Below, piece by piece: positions 24,700 to 33,967 of a stretch of 44,958 bases of DNA. A model generated the notes under the pieces. The model made no database searches, was not told the origin of the DNA, and worked only from the letters and a program-made list of their open reading frames with translations. Position 1 is the stretch's first letter, and every line of letters begins with the position of its first letter. The DNA is from an archaeon (GTDB taxonomy: Archaea > Asgardarchaeota > Hermodarchaeia > Hermodarchaeales > Hermodarchaeaceae). A program made the position numbers and the translations under genes. The stretch covers positions 1-44,958 of the forward strand of contig JABXGV010000173.1 of NCBI GenBank assembly GCA_016550485.1. The letters run 5' to 3'.

Positions 24700-25535
24700 T
24701 CGGGCTTCACCTGATATATAATGTTGGCTATTTCCGCTAGTTCTTCTGGGTTAAGCTCCTCTGCCCTGTGGTCTAGCCAGGGAATTTGGCACTTAATTTC
24801 TTCAATGGTATTTGGTTTTAACTCCATTTCTCGTAGGAGCGCAGTGAGCGGGGTACGGATTTTCTTTCGACGCTGATTAAACAGGACTACAACAAGTCTG
24901 GTGAAAAGCGAATAATCCATCACAGTAAACGCAGGTTCTACGCATCGTCTAATCCGAACTAGAGCGGACGTAACCTCAGGAGGTGGATGAAAACAATTGG
25001 GTGCTACATATTCTAGAATTTCAGATGTGGCTGTATAGGTTGCCATCACCGTTAGCCTTCCGTAAGTCTTTGATCCAGCAGAGGCGGTGAGACGTTCGGC
25101 AAATTCTCGTTGAAGCATTAAAAGAGCGGTTTGGATTTCTGAGGATAGAAACTTGAAAAGTACTGGTGAAGAGATTCCAAACGGCAGATTCGCTACTAGT
25201 TTGTTAGTTGCGGGCCATTCTACTTTTACAGCGTCACCGCGGATGAGTGTGATATTAGTGATTCCTTCAAACTCCTTCTGAAGTGCGTCGAACAACACAG
25301 AATCCTTCTCAATGGCATACACATGCCGAACATGATTGGCTAATGCTCGTGTTAATGTTCCAATACCCGCCCCAATTTCAAGTATCGTGTCAGTCGGGTT
25401 TAAATCAGCGTAGTCTAGAGTTCGAGCCAAGACTTGTTCATTAATTAGGAAGTGTTGCCCCAAAGTCTTCGAGATAGTAATACCATGAGTACGAAGCCAA
25501 CTCTGTGTTTGTTTGAGAAGCCCCTCCGTTGGCAT
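24696..25535 (-). CDS. rsmA: 16S/18S rRNA (adenine-N6,N6)-dimethyltransferase KsgA/Dim1
   Basis: 279 aa. Contains LGQHFLIN, ILEIGAGIGTLT and VANLPFGISSP. Confidence 0.9.
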   Translation of the reverse strand: MPTEGLLKQTQSWLRTHGITISKTLGQHFLINEQVLARTLDYADLNPTDTILEIGAGIGTLTRALANHVRHVYAIEKDSVLFDALQKEFEGITNITLIRGDAVKVEWPATNKLVANLPFGISSPVLFKFLSSEIQTALLMLQREFAERLTASAGSKTYGRLTVMATYTATSEILEYVAPNCFHPPPEVTSALVRIRRCVEPAFTVMDYSLFTRLVVVLFNQRRKKIRTPLTALLREMELKPNTIEEIKCQIPWLDHRAEELNPEELAEIANIIYQVKPD

Positions 25536-25542
25536 TCTATTT

Positions 25543-26136
25543 CTAAGTCCTTCCCATCTCTCTATCCGCAGCCGGTTTTCTCGTAAAAAGGCTATATTTG
25601 TCTTCTCGCTGAAGTTCAGATAGAATTCGTTTGATTATAATATCCTTTGGGGACCTAATATGGGTACGTTCTGCTATATCTTGGAAACTTGTGAATAACG
25701 CTTTCTGACGTTCTTTAAGAATTTGCCACATGAACTTCTTCCCGATACCAGGAAGTAGTTCGAGGCTATGCATCCGGGTTGTTAGAGGTCTTGAAGTATT
25801 AAAGAACTCCACAAAACGCTCTTCTGATTTCCCAACAAGCATTTCAATGATAAAAGGCAGTTCGCTGCGTGCTGTCGCTGTTAAATCATCATAAGTAATA
25901 CGTCGCTTGACATGGTCAATCTTGTCTCTTTTATCGCGACCTATGAAAACAGCTTCATGTGGCTCAAATCGTGCACCTTTTCGGGGCACTAGCTCGAGAA
26001 GAGTGAAGTAGGTGTCACCTATCGCTTGTACAATTGCTTCTTTCCTGAAAAGTGGACGGGTATCCTCTGGATAACCGCGAGGAAGAAAGTCTAATACAAA
26101 TGCGTATTCTTCAAACTTCTTTATCGGACGTGACAT
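25543..26136 (-). CDS. DUF655 (COG1491) putative RNA-binding protein with a helix-hairpin-helix
   Basis: Contains EEYAFVLDFLPRGYP...QAIGDTYFTLLE...FFNTSRPLTTRMHSLELLPGIGKK. Sits in the conserved L21e-RpoF-DUF655-KsgA cluster. Confidence 0.8.
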   Translation of the reverse strand: MSRPIKKFEEYAFVLDFLPRGYPEDTRPLFRKEAIVQAIGDTYFTLLELVPRKGARFEPHEAVFIGRDKRDKIDHVKRRITYDDLTATARSELPFIIEMLVGKSEERFVEFFNTSRPLTTRMHSLELLPGIGKKFMWQILKERQKALFTSFQDIAERTHIRSPKDIIIKRILSELQREDKYSLFTRKPAADREMGRT

Positions 26137-26189
26137 CTTCAGCCCCTCAAGGATATAAGATAAAACTAAAAGCTGTCTCTTACTGTTTT

Positions 26190-26549
26190 CTAACCCTCTT
26201 TCTCTTTTGTTTCAGCTTTCTTTCTAGGTACTTCTAGAATTTCCAGTATCTTTTCTTGCTCCTCTTCAGAATAAGTACGCGATGCTTTTGAAAGGAAGGA
26301 AGCTAGCTCCTCTGTAGTTGTTGGCAAGATATCAACAAGTTGTATTGCCAGATTTTCCTCCATATCGAACTTCTTAACTAGTTTGTTTACGATGGATCTT
26401 GTTTTTCGTGCGGTGAGCGGCGAGAACCTAGTAGTGTATTCCAGAGTCACGCGCTGTATATAGCTTAACTCGGCTTTTCTTCCACGTTTGGTAAGGGATT
26501 GTTTTACCTCTGCCAATGTAAGTGGTTCTGCTTCAAGTATCTTCTTCAT
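26190..26549 (-). CDS. rpoF: RNA polymerase subunit F (Rpo4, Rpb4-like)
   Basis: 119 aa. Helical Rpb4-like pattern (LTLAEVKQSL...LSYIQRVTLEYT...LVDILPTTTEEL). Conserved position after L21e. Confidence 0.7.
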   Translation of the reverse strand: MKKILEAEPLTLAEVKQSLTKRGRKAELSYIQRVTLEYTTRFSPLTARKTRSIVNKLVKKFDMEENLAIQLVDILPTTTEELASFLSKASRTYSEEEQEKILEILEVPRKKAETKEKEG

Positions 26550-26570
26550 CTAGTTTCCCTCGTTTACTAG

Positions 26571-26879
26571 CTATTGTTGTTGATCTCCACTGTAGGGACG
26601 AAGATGCTCTGGCCTGATAATCAGTAATTTCTCTTTTCTACCTAGCAGTGCAGTGACTTCATACGCGTTCCCTCTTCTATCCTTAATAATACCGACTCGT
26701 CCGTGGTATCGTCTATGTGGTTGCCCACCATGAATCGAAGGGTCTATCATAATCTCTACACGCTGTCCTTTTTCATAGGTGCGTAGAAGTCTACCCAATG
26801 GTGGTAAGCCGCGTTTGCGAGGACTTTTCGTCATTATCTTCCTGCTACCGACGCGGTAACCATGGCTGCGCTTCACCAT
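26571..26879 (-). CDS. rpl21e: ribosomal protein L21e (eL21)
   Basis: 102 aa. Contains MVKRSHGYRVGSRK...YEKGQRVEIMIDPSIHGGQPHRRYHGRVG. Confidence 0.9.
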   Translation of the reverse strand: MVKRSHGYRVGSRKIMTKSPRKRGLPPLGRLLRTYEKGQRVEIMIDPSIHGGQPHRRYHGRVGIIKDRRGNAYEVTALLGRKEKLLIIRPEHLRPYSGDQQQ

Positions 26880-27024
26880 ACATGAACAACTCGCTTCTTT
26901 CTAGGAGGTGCCAACGTGGTTGAATGTTCTTTTAAAGATTATTACTCTACTTGTTATTTACTTATCGAGATGAAACCCATCTTGTTGCCTTGCCGTGAAT
27001 AATCGTCATTGGATGTGTCTGATT

Positions 27025-28380
27025 TCAAAGTTGGAGTTCTTCCTCTGGCAGGTTTACATCTATCACATCTAGCTGGATGCATTTGGTTGGTTTTCCTAAG
27101 ATTTCAGTAATGCTGGGTGTTGTACGATTGTCGTCGCCAGATATGAACTCCTTTATGTAAAGACCACCTTGGCAGCGTATTAAAAGTATTATCTTATCCT
27201 TATCCTTAGAAGTGACCTTTAATTCGTATATCTGCTTTCTCCGAACTCTATCCGCTCTTCGGTGGAGTACTCGTTGTGGTGTGCGCTGTCTTATTTCAAG
27301 GGGCATTGGTATTGTTTCGAGTTTTTGTAGCTCCTCTGGTAGAAGTGGTTTTTCAGTTTGCGCGATTGCCTTGTAGGTTTTTTCAGTAGTCGCTGAACTG
27401 CCTTTTAGAAATTTAACCATCTCTTTATTGGTAAAACGTAATTTGTTTACCTCTACTTTTCCTTGTGCATACCGATTTATCGTCTCAGTTATTTCTTCAA
27501 GGTCGATATTCCGTCTTCTTGGTGTGAGAATTTCTAGAACAAAGGGGCGTCCAACACCCAACATACAGGCGTCGATATCTTCGCGGCCAGCCCCATGGAA
27601 TTTCACGCCTTTCCCTTGGGTTACTTCTAGTAATGGCGCGGCAATTAATTCTTCAACAGACTCGGGATACATCTTCCCTGTTCCTTCACACCGAGTACAT
27701 CCTTTTCCTAAACATTCACGGCAGGGCCATTTGGTCTGTGGAATTCCTCGAATAAGCTTCCGGTATCGTCCATAGATGAAAAGCGAGTTTACTTGCAGCT
27801 CTACTGTAAGTGATGGAATTTTCACCACAACAACGATGTCTGGTGATTTGAAGTCGACCGGGATGTTAAGAAGATCCGTAACTATTTTCCCAATTTCTCG
27901 GTTTAGTTCTGCCTTCAGCGGCTCTCCAGTTTCTATTTGTAGCTCACTGCGCATTTGTTCCTCTCTTTCAACAAAATCTGCAGAGATTTTTGAACCAAGG
28001 AGTATAGAGGTAGCCTCCCAGCCCTTCAGTTTCTGAATTGTCAAATTTGCAATCTCATCCAGCCGTTCCATAATACCAAGACAAATGCTGCAATGCTTTG
28101 CGGGAGCACATCCTGTTATTCCCTCTTTTTCAAGAAATTGTAGTGCTGGTAGAAACATCCCATGCTCAGCTAATTGCTTTAATCGAATGTTTCCGCGTTT
28201 CCTGCTTTTTAGGTAAGTCTCAGTACTTGCTAACAGCAGGAGGATTTTAAAAGCGTTCCCCCGCATTCGGTTTGACAAACCATATCCAAGAGATGCGAAT
28301 TGTCGACCGAGGCACCAGTCGCACACTGGACACCGGGCTAAGACCTGCTCAGCCTTTTTCAGTAATTTACTTATGGTCAT
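27025..28380 (-). CDS. pus10: tRNA pseudouridine(54/55) synthase Pus10
   Basis: 451 aa. N-terminal zinc-binding CxxC pairs (CPVCDWC; CSIC), a THUMP-like middle region, and a catalytic domain with GAGREDIDACMLGVGRPFVLE. Confidence 0.85.
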   Translation of the reverse strand: MTISKLLKKAEQVLARCPVCDWCLGRQFASLGYGLSNRMRGNAFKILLLLASTETYLKSRKRGNIRLKQLAEHGMFLPALQFLEKEGITGCAPAKHCSICLGIMERLDEIANLTIQKLKGWEATSILLGSKISADFVEREEQMRSELQIETGEPLKAELNREIGKIVTDLLNIPVDFKSPDIVVVVKIPSLTVELQVNSLFIYGRYRKLIRGIPQTKWPCRECLGKGCTRCEGTGKMYPESVEELIAAPLLEVTQGKGVKFHGAGREDIDACMLGVGRPFVLEILTPRRRNIDLEEITETINRYAQGKVEVNKLRFTNKEMVKFLKGSSATTEKTYKAIAQTEKPLLPEELQKLETIPMPLEIRQRTPQRVLHRRADRVRRKQIYELKVTSKDKDKIILLIRCQGGLYIKEFISGDDNRTTPSITEILGKPTKCIQLDVIDVNLPEEELQL

Positions 28381-28409
28381 TATTCAAGCAACATCTGATG
28401 GTACTATCA

Positions 28410-29024
28410 TTATTTCTCTTTTACCCAGTCTATCAAATCAAGCTTGTGCAGAACCGCTAGAATAGCCAAATCTCGTCTGTGGTAATCATTGTAGTGTTTT
28501 CCAGTAAAGGAGTTTGTCCATTGGAGACTCGGGTTCTCTGATAGTGGACAGTACATTACAATTCTGCTAAAATCTCTAACTGTTCTCTCCCAATTAGTAC
28601 TTCTACCTGGAAAGAGAAGGAGTGCATCTTCATTGGCTAACTGAGATAACGTTTCTTCGGCATTTGAAGGACTAATTCTAAGGCCTGCAGGAGCACGTTG
28701 CTTTCTTTTCAGGAACGTAGTTTGTCCTTTCATAAGAAGGAGAAGTATAGACCGCTCATCAGTTCCCATGTAACGTATTGATCCAGAATCAATATGGATT
28801 GATATGGGTCCAATCTTGTCAAAACAAATTACTAGGCCTACCCATCGGCGTAGATTATGGGAAATACACAGCGCACTTCGCACACAGTGTGCGACATATT
28901 GGTATGGGCGAGTTATTAGTCCAATATCCAGCTCGGTCTTCGTAATCATAAATTCAGCAGGAGAATCAACAACAACGAGAAATGTTTGCAACCTAGCGGC
29001 CGCCCTTTGGAAGCTGTTGACCAC
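28410..29024 (-). CDS. trmY: putative tRNA (pseudouridine54-N1)-methyltransferase TrmY (DUF358, SPOUT)
   Basis: About 200 aa. Resembles TrmY in TFLVVVDSPAEF...YVAHCVRSALCISHNLRR...GTDERSILLLLMK and lies directly downstream of pus10. Start is uncertain: GTG 29024 overlaps srp54 by 32 nt, and TTG 28991 is an alternative. Confidence 0.5.
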   Translation of the reverse strand: MVNSFQRAAARLQTFLVVVDSPAEFMITKTELDIGLITRPYQYVAHCVRSALCISHNLRRWVGLVICFDKIGPISIHIDSGSIRYMGTDERSILLLLMKGQTTFLKRKQRAPAGLRISPSNAEETLSQLANEDALLLFPGRSTNWERTVRDFSRIVMYCPLSENPSLQWTNSFTGKHYNDYHRRDLAILAVLHKLDLIDWVKEK

Positions 29025-30345
29025 CTAACGCCGCTGGCAGACGCATTCCTCCTCGGCGTTTCCGAAGTGATTTAATGAGGCGTTTGGACTGATTATACTG
29101 ACGCAAGAGTTCTTTAACGTCTTTGGGCTGACAACCAGCACCCCGGGCGATGCGTTCTGTCCGGGAACGGTGAATACATTTGGGTGTTTCCATTTCTTCT
29201 TGGGTCATTGATTTTATAATCACTTTCCATTTTTCTAGGTTTTCGGTTGCCATTTGCTGCATTTCCTTGGGCACTTTATAGCCAAGACCTAGCATGCTTA
29301 AGATTTTACTGAGTGACCCTACTTTTCCCATTGCTTCCATTTGTGCCATCATATCCTTTAGCGTGAAACGACCCGACATTATAGCTTTCGCCAGCTCTTT
29401 CTCTGGCATCGCTTCAGCATCTTTAACCCGTTGTAATAACGCTTCGAAATCAGCCATTCCAAGTAATTGACCGACGAATTTAGTTGGTACGAACTGTTCT
29501 AGAGCATCAATTTTCTCGCCTGTACCGATGTACTTAATCGGGGCACCGGTTGCGGCAACAGCTGAGAGCGCGCCCCCTCCACGGGCTGAACCATCTAACT
29601 TTGTTACAATAATTGAGCCTATAGGGGTCGCTTCATGAAATGCAGCTGCTTGTATTGCTGCCTGCTGGCCTAGCGTGCCATCTACTACTAGTATGATTTC
29701 ATTTGGATTGATTGCCTTTGCTATTTGTTGCATCTCTCGGATAAGCCCTTTTTCCTCCTTGTGCCGACCAGATGTATCAACAATAATTACTTCCGTGTTT
29801 TCTGACTTAAAGTGCTGAACGCCCTTCTTAGCGATTTTAACCGAATCCTTTGCTTTTGGCTCACCGAAGAAGGGTACATCAGCTTGCTCTGCAAGCTGGC
29901 GGAGCTGGTCATATGCACCTGGACGAAAGGTATCTGCTGCTACAACACCAACACGATGCCCCCTTTTCTTGATTAGCTTCGCTAGTTTACCAATAGTTGT
30001 AGTCTTGCCACTACCCTGGATTCCCACGACAAGATACACATTTGGCTGTCCAGGTTTGAGGGTCAGGGGAGCAGTCTTTTCTCCAAGAATGGCAGTTAAT
30101 TCTTCGTAGACTACTTTGATGACATAATCTCGACGAGAAATCCCTGGGGCAATCTCATCTTTCAAAGAGCGTTCTTCTATGCGTTTAGTTAGTTCCATAA
30201 CTAACCGGACATTGACATCAGCTTGGAGGAGTGCTCGTTGAAGATCCTGTACAAGTTCTTTGACTGATTTCTTGTCAACTAATGGGGCGCGAAGTAATTT
30301 CTGCACTGCAGAGTGGAGTGCTGAACCTAATTTTCCAAGAACCAT
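28993..30345 (-). CDS. srp54: signal recognition particle protein SRP54
   Basis: 450 aa. N, G and M domains. GIQGSGKTTT, DTSGRH and TKLDG motifs, with a Met-rich M domain. Confidence 0.95.
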   Translation of the reverse strand: MVLGKLGSALHSAVQKLLRAPLVDKKSVKELVQDLQRALLQADVNVRLVMELTKRIEERSLKDEIAPGISRRDYVIKVVYEELTAILGEKTAPLTLKPGQPNVYLVVGIQGSGKTTTIGKLAKLIKKRGHRVGVVAADTFRPGAYDQLRQLAEQADVPFFGEPKAKDSVKIAKKGVQHFKSENTEVIIVDTSGRHKEEKGLIREMQQIAKAINPNEIILVVDGTLGQQAAIQAAAFHEATPIGSIIVTKLDGSARGGGALSAVAATGAPIKYIGTGEKIDALEQFVPTKFVGQLLGMADFEALLQRVKDAEAMPEKELAKAIMSGRFTLKDMMAQMEAMGKVGSLSKILSMLGLGYKVPKEMQQMATENLEKWKVIIKSMTQEEMETPKCIHRSRTERIARGAGCQPKDVKELLRQYNQSKRLIKSLRKRRGGMRLPAALGGQQLPKGGR

Positions 30346-30432
30346 GGTCTCTTCCTACTTTCAATAGTACAACTCAGAATACAAAAAGAGGACTATTAAT
30401 GCTTTTCTTCTCCACGTCCAAGGTGGAATCAG

Positions 30433-31359
30433 TCATCCTAGCGTAGCACCTATGACGAGAGGAAAAAGAATAGTAGCATCGCCGATAATAGTTTCAAAGG
30501 AGGCAGTAGGGCTCACCTTGCCCCACGAAATACCTTCCTGGAGCTTTGCACCACTAAGGCTGCCATCCTCGTCACGTGCAGTTGTGATTTGAACGGCGCT
30601 ATTAAGTCCGCCGCGCAGTATATTCGCACCCAACGTGAAATGCTTAGGCAAGCCTCCGCCTAGAATCAAAGCCCCAACCTGCTTTGCCTCGAATAGGTTG
30701 TCATGAAGTATCTTCATATCTTTCAAACCGTCAAGCTGCATTTTCTGTAATTGCCGGAATAGAGCTAGGTGAAGACCCAGCATAGAATCTAATATTCCTG
30801 GACAAAAAACTGGCACATTATGTAAATGGGCTTGCCTAACGAAGGACTGGGTGTCCTCTAGTTGCTTACCAAGTTCCGAGATTAGCTCGGAGGGTGACAA
30901 ACCTGATACGCGCCTTGCCTCAGGAATGTTCCCAAGAAATTCTGTCATAAAATCTTCGAGTTTCTCGAAAGATTGGGTTTCGATGAAGATGTCACCAGCT
31001 CTTCCAATTTGACTTTCAGCTAGCTCACTATCATCAGCATCCATCGTTCCTCTGATGTGATGCCCTCCGATTGCCTCAACTAAATCGTGGACTACATTGG
31101 CTCCGTTTGTTATGATGATGTGCACTTGTTTTCTCCGTATCAGGTCTGTGATGATGGTACGTAATCCTCCCGCTATCATGGGCCCAGCCATTGATAAAAT
31201 TACAAGCCACTCGTTAGATTGAAACATCTTTTGAACGATTTTCACCGCTCGAGCTAGTCTACCCGCTCCTAAAACCCCCGCACCATCGTACTGCGATACG
31301 AGATTGCTGAGAGTCATTCGTTGTTTCAATATCATCTGTTTAACAATTCGTTTCTGCAT
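30433..31359 (-). CDS. dys: deoxyhypusine synthase
   Basis: 308 aa. DHS-like (AGPMIAGGLR, ITNGANVVHD, GGGLPKHF). Adjacent to aIF5A. Confidence 0.85.
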   Translation of the reverse strand: MQKRIVKQMILKQRMTLSNLVSQYDGAGVLGAGRLARAVKIVQKMFQSNEWLVILSMAGPMIAGGLRTIITDLIRRKQVHIIITNGANVVHDLVEAIGGHHIRGTMDADDSELAESQIGRAGDIFIETQSFEKLEDFMTEFLGNIPEARRVSGLSPSELISELGKQLEDTQSFVRQAHLHNVPVFCPGILDSMLGLHLALFRQLQKMQLDGLKDMKILHDNLFEAKQVGALILGGGLPKHFTLGANILRGGLNSAVQITTARDEDGSLSGAKLQEGISWGKVSPTASFETIIGDATILFPLVIGATLG

Positions 31360-31411
31360 TGTGTAACTACCAAAAATCTGTTAATACGAGGTAGTATGAA
31401 CACGATAGGTC

Positions 31412-31816
31412 TTAGCGGCTACGGATAAGTTTTCGGCGTTCCATCACAATCCAATACTCGACTTGAGCACCTTGCTCAATGCTGCCCTCAAAAGACTCTT
31501 CGTCAGGTGCTGGCATCTCAAAGTTCTCGAAGGATTCCATATCCATAAGACCCAAAATGGGCGGCGTCGCGTCTGTGATGTAATTAATTTGAGCGACACG
31601 TTTGTCAATGATTGGCGATTGAACCTTCGCGTCACTCGGTAAGACGATGCTGCGTTTCACACCATCAAAAAGTCCTATAGCAACAATTCGTACTTTTGCG
31701 TGACCATGCTTCCCTGACTTGCTTTTTTCGATACTTACAATGCGGCATGGCTCTTCATCAATCAAAATATAACGACCTATTTTTAGGCTACCTGCATCCA
31801 TTATTTTCATGGACAT
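31412..31816 (-). CDS. eif5a: translation initiation factor aIF5A
   Basis: 134 aa. Hypusine loop SKSGKHGHAKVRI. Confidence 0.9.
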   Translation of the reverse strand: MSMKIMDAGSLKIGRYILIDEEPCRIVSIEKSKSGKHGHAKVRIVAIGLFDGVKRSIVLPSDAKVQSPIIDKRVAQINYITDATPPILGLMDMESFENFEMPAPDEESFEGSIEQGAQVEYWIVMERRKLIRSR

Positions 31817-31919
31817 CGACTGCCACCTTTTCGGATAAAATGATAGACCTCACTTAAACTTTTAGGCTCTTTGTTCTAGTCGGGAATCTGTTATAAACTT
31901 GAAACGTGATGTCTCTTTG

Positions 31920-32741
31920 ATGAAGACGGTTGGACTATTAACGAGACCCAATTTTGCAGCAGGTGTGAAGGAAGCTGAGCGGCTCTTAGCTTTTCTCGAA
32001 ACTAAGGGCCTTTCAGTTCTTATGCCTGTTTACTTAGCGGAAAAACTAAGACGTTCTGAATTAGGTATTTCTCTTGATGATTTACAAGCGGACTTCGTTA
32101 TTACAATAGGAGGTGACGGAACAACCCTTCACGCAGCTCGGTCTCTTCCCCCTGGTGTACCGATATTTCCCGTGAACCTCCAGTCTTTTGGCTTTCTCTC
32201 TGAATGTGAGATTGAAGATGCAGAGACCCTACTAACTCGGGTGCTTTCCGGTGACTTTGAAGTTCAGGAAATATTACGGCTTTCTACCAGCTTCCAAGAT
32301 AATAAAATTCCAGATGCGGCAAATGAAGTGGCATTGTTCCCTCAAAAACATGGACGTCCTCTCGCCTTTCAACTCCAAATTGGGGAAGACTCGATACTCC
32401 AATTTCGTGGTGATGGTCTTGTTATCGCAACGCCGAATGGATCTACTGGTCATACGCTTTCATTAAGAGGGCCAGTTTTACATCCTAATGTTGGCGCTAT
32501 ACTCCTTGTTGCTTCCGCACCCTTACGTAACAGTATGCTTCCTCTAGTACTTCCTGATTCTACAATACTCAGTGTGCAAGCAAATAAAATTACGAATCTA
32601 GTGATAGACGGCGAGCTACTACATCGAATCCCAGCAGAAGCTCCTGTGACTATTAAGAAATCCGAATCCCCCCTCCTAATCCTTCGTCGACACAACAGTT
32701 TCTTTCGCCGCTTACGGGAAAAACTTCTTAGGTGGCCCTGA
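31920..32741 (+). CDS. nadK: NAD(+) kinase
   Basis: Contains GGDGTTLHAAR and ATPNGSTGHTLS. I prefer ATG 31920 (MKTVGLL...) over the TTG at 31899. Confidence 0.85.
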   Translation: MKTVGLLTRPNFAAGVKEAERLLAFLETKGLSVLMPVYLAEKLRRSELGISLDDLQADFVITIGGDGTTLHAARSLPPGVPIFPVNLQSFGFLSECEIEDAETLLTRVLSGDFEVQEILRLSTSFQDNKIPDAANEVALFPQKHGRPLAFQLQIGEDSILQFRGDGLVIATPNGSTGHTLSLRGPVLHPNVGAILLVASAPLRNSMLPLVLPDSTILSVQANKITNLVIDGELLHRIPAEAPVTIKKSESPLLILRRHNSFFRRLREKLLRWP

Positions 32742-33268
32742 TGGGAAACTCTGATTCACTTATCTTCGTTATTGATACATCAGCTCTTATAGGACATTTA
32801 GGCTATGCAGCGGCTGAAGCTCAATTTGCTACTACACCATCTCTTTTAGAGGAAATGAAACGCAAAAAACTCGACAATATCATTCAGACGCTACTAAATT
32901 CCGGGAAGCTTCGAATTATAGAACCAACTTCTTCCTCGATTAATACCGTAGTTGCAGCAGCAGCTGCCTTGGGCGACCTTCAATATTTGTCTGAACCTGA
33001 TCAGCAACTCCTAGCTCTTGCCCTGGATCTTACCAAGCAAGGCTATGATGCAGTAGTCCTAACTAATGACTATGCAATTCAGAATATCGCTTCTTCTTTG
33101 TCCATCAAGTTTCGCTCTGTGGGGGAGCATGGCATTCGTGAAATTATCAAATGGAAAACCTACTGTCCAGGTTGTACGCGGCAGTTCCCAAAACGTACCA
33201 AAGGCGAGATATGCCCACACTGCGGGACACCATTAAAGCGTAGGGCTGTTAACAAGGAAAGGCTGTAG
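32732..33268 (+). CDS. nob1: Nob1 endonuclease homologue (PIN domain plus C-terminal zinc ribbon)
   Basis: 178 aa. PIN N-terminus (IFVIDTSALI) and zinc ribbon CPGC...CPHCG. Confidence 0.75.
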   Translation: MALMGNSDSLIFVIDTSALIGHLGYAAAEAQFATTPSLLEEMKRKKLDNIIQTLLNSGKLRIIEPTSSSINTVVAAAAALGDLQYLSEPDQQLLALALDLTKQGYDAVVLTNDYAIQNIASSLSIKFRSVGEHGIREIIKWKTYCPGCTRQFPKRTKGEICPHCGTPLKRRAVNKERL

Positions 33269-33349
33269 GTGAAGGAGGGTGATGTTGAATAACATTTAAA
33301 GAACCGTGCATCTCTGAGAGGAGCAAAGCTACGAACGAAGGCGATATCT

Positions 33350-33526
33350 TTGAGTGAACATAAAACACCATTCTGCAATTCTTGCGGAGGTCTAGTTAGC
33401 CCTCTTGAAAACTCCGTACATTTCATATGTCCCGCTTGTGGCGGGCTAACACTTTGGCGATGCGAAAAGTGCCGGGAGTTTGCGAATCCTTATACTTGTG
33501 CGGGTTGTAATTTTAAAGGACCTTAA
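33350..33526 (+). CDS. small zinc-ribbon protein (COG2888/DUF1610-like), the conserved partner upstream of aEF1 beta
   Basis: Not in the ORF track because it is only 58 aa. Four CxxC pairs: (M)SEHKTPFCNSCGG...ICPACGG...RCEKCRE..YTCAGCNFKGP. TTG start assumed; the frame opens at 33293. Confidence 0.6.
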   Translation: MSEHKTPFCNSCGGLVSPLENSVHFICPACGGLTLWRCEKCREFANPYTCAGCNFKGP

Positions 33527-33566
33527 TTGACATCCCAACACAGGTATTAGACATAACTAGGAGGTA

Positions 33567-33839
33567 GTGCTTTTGGGCGATGTTCTTGCAATAATGAAAA
33601 TAATGCCTGAAGATGCCACGGTTCCTTTAGAAGAACTGAAGAAACGAATCGAGCAGTCCCTTCAAGGTAAGGTGGATATTGAAGGATTCGAGGAGGTGCC
33701 AATATTTGGTCCGTTATCCGCTCTTCGAATGCGCTTCATTGTTGGAGATGAGGCTGGCGGTACTGATTCAGTCGAGAAAATAGTACAGGATATTCAGGGA
33801 GTAGGTGAAGTCGTAATCGAAGCAGTCTCACTCCTGTAA
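33567..33839 (+). CDS. ef1b: elongation factor aEF-1 beta
   Basis: About 88-90 aa. GDVLAIMKIMPEDATV..LEELKKRIE matches the aEF1 beta N-terminus. Start is either GTG 33567 or TTG 33573. Confidence 0.8.
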   Translation: MLLGDVLAIMKIMPEDATVPLEELKKRIEQSLQGKVDIEGFEEVPIFGPLSALRMRFIVGDEAGGTDSVEKIVQDIQGVGEVVIEAVSLL

Positions 33840-33967
33840 TTATAATCTTTGATGAAAAGGGATTCAAGAATTTCCACTCCTTAACCACATCTGAAAAATC
33901 AAGAGATCTAATCATAATGCCGACGAAGTTAAAAGCCTAAATTTAATCTTAATAGCTGGGATAAGAC

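Noticed and set aside
26950-27024. AGATGA ... GTGAATA ... CTGA arrangement between L21e and pus10, considered as a degenerate C/D-box sRNA.
   Set aside because: The C box deviates at a conserved position (AGAUGA rather than UGAUGA). No D' box or kink-turn-forming terminal pairing could be found.
33160-33426. 88-aa minus-strand ORF spanning the nob1 3' end and the following spacer.
   Set aside because: It overlaps nob1 and the four-CxxC zinc-ribbon gene on the + strand. That + strand gene has a conserved partnership with aEF1 beta, and the minus-strand ORF has no motifs.
33850-33900. TGATGA ... CTGA pair, 35 nt apart, upstream of cdc48, considered as a C/D-box sRNA.
   Set aside because: It is too short for two guide regions and has no D' or C' boxes and no terminal stem. 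It is probably a chance occurrence in AT-rich promoter sequence.
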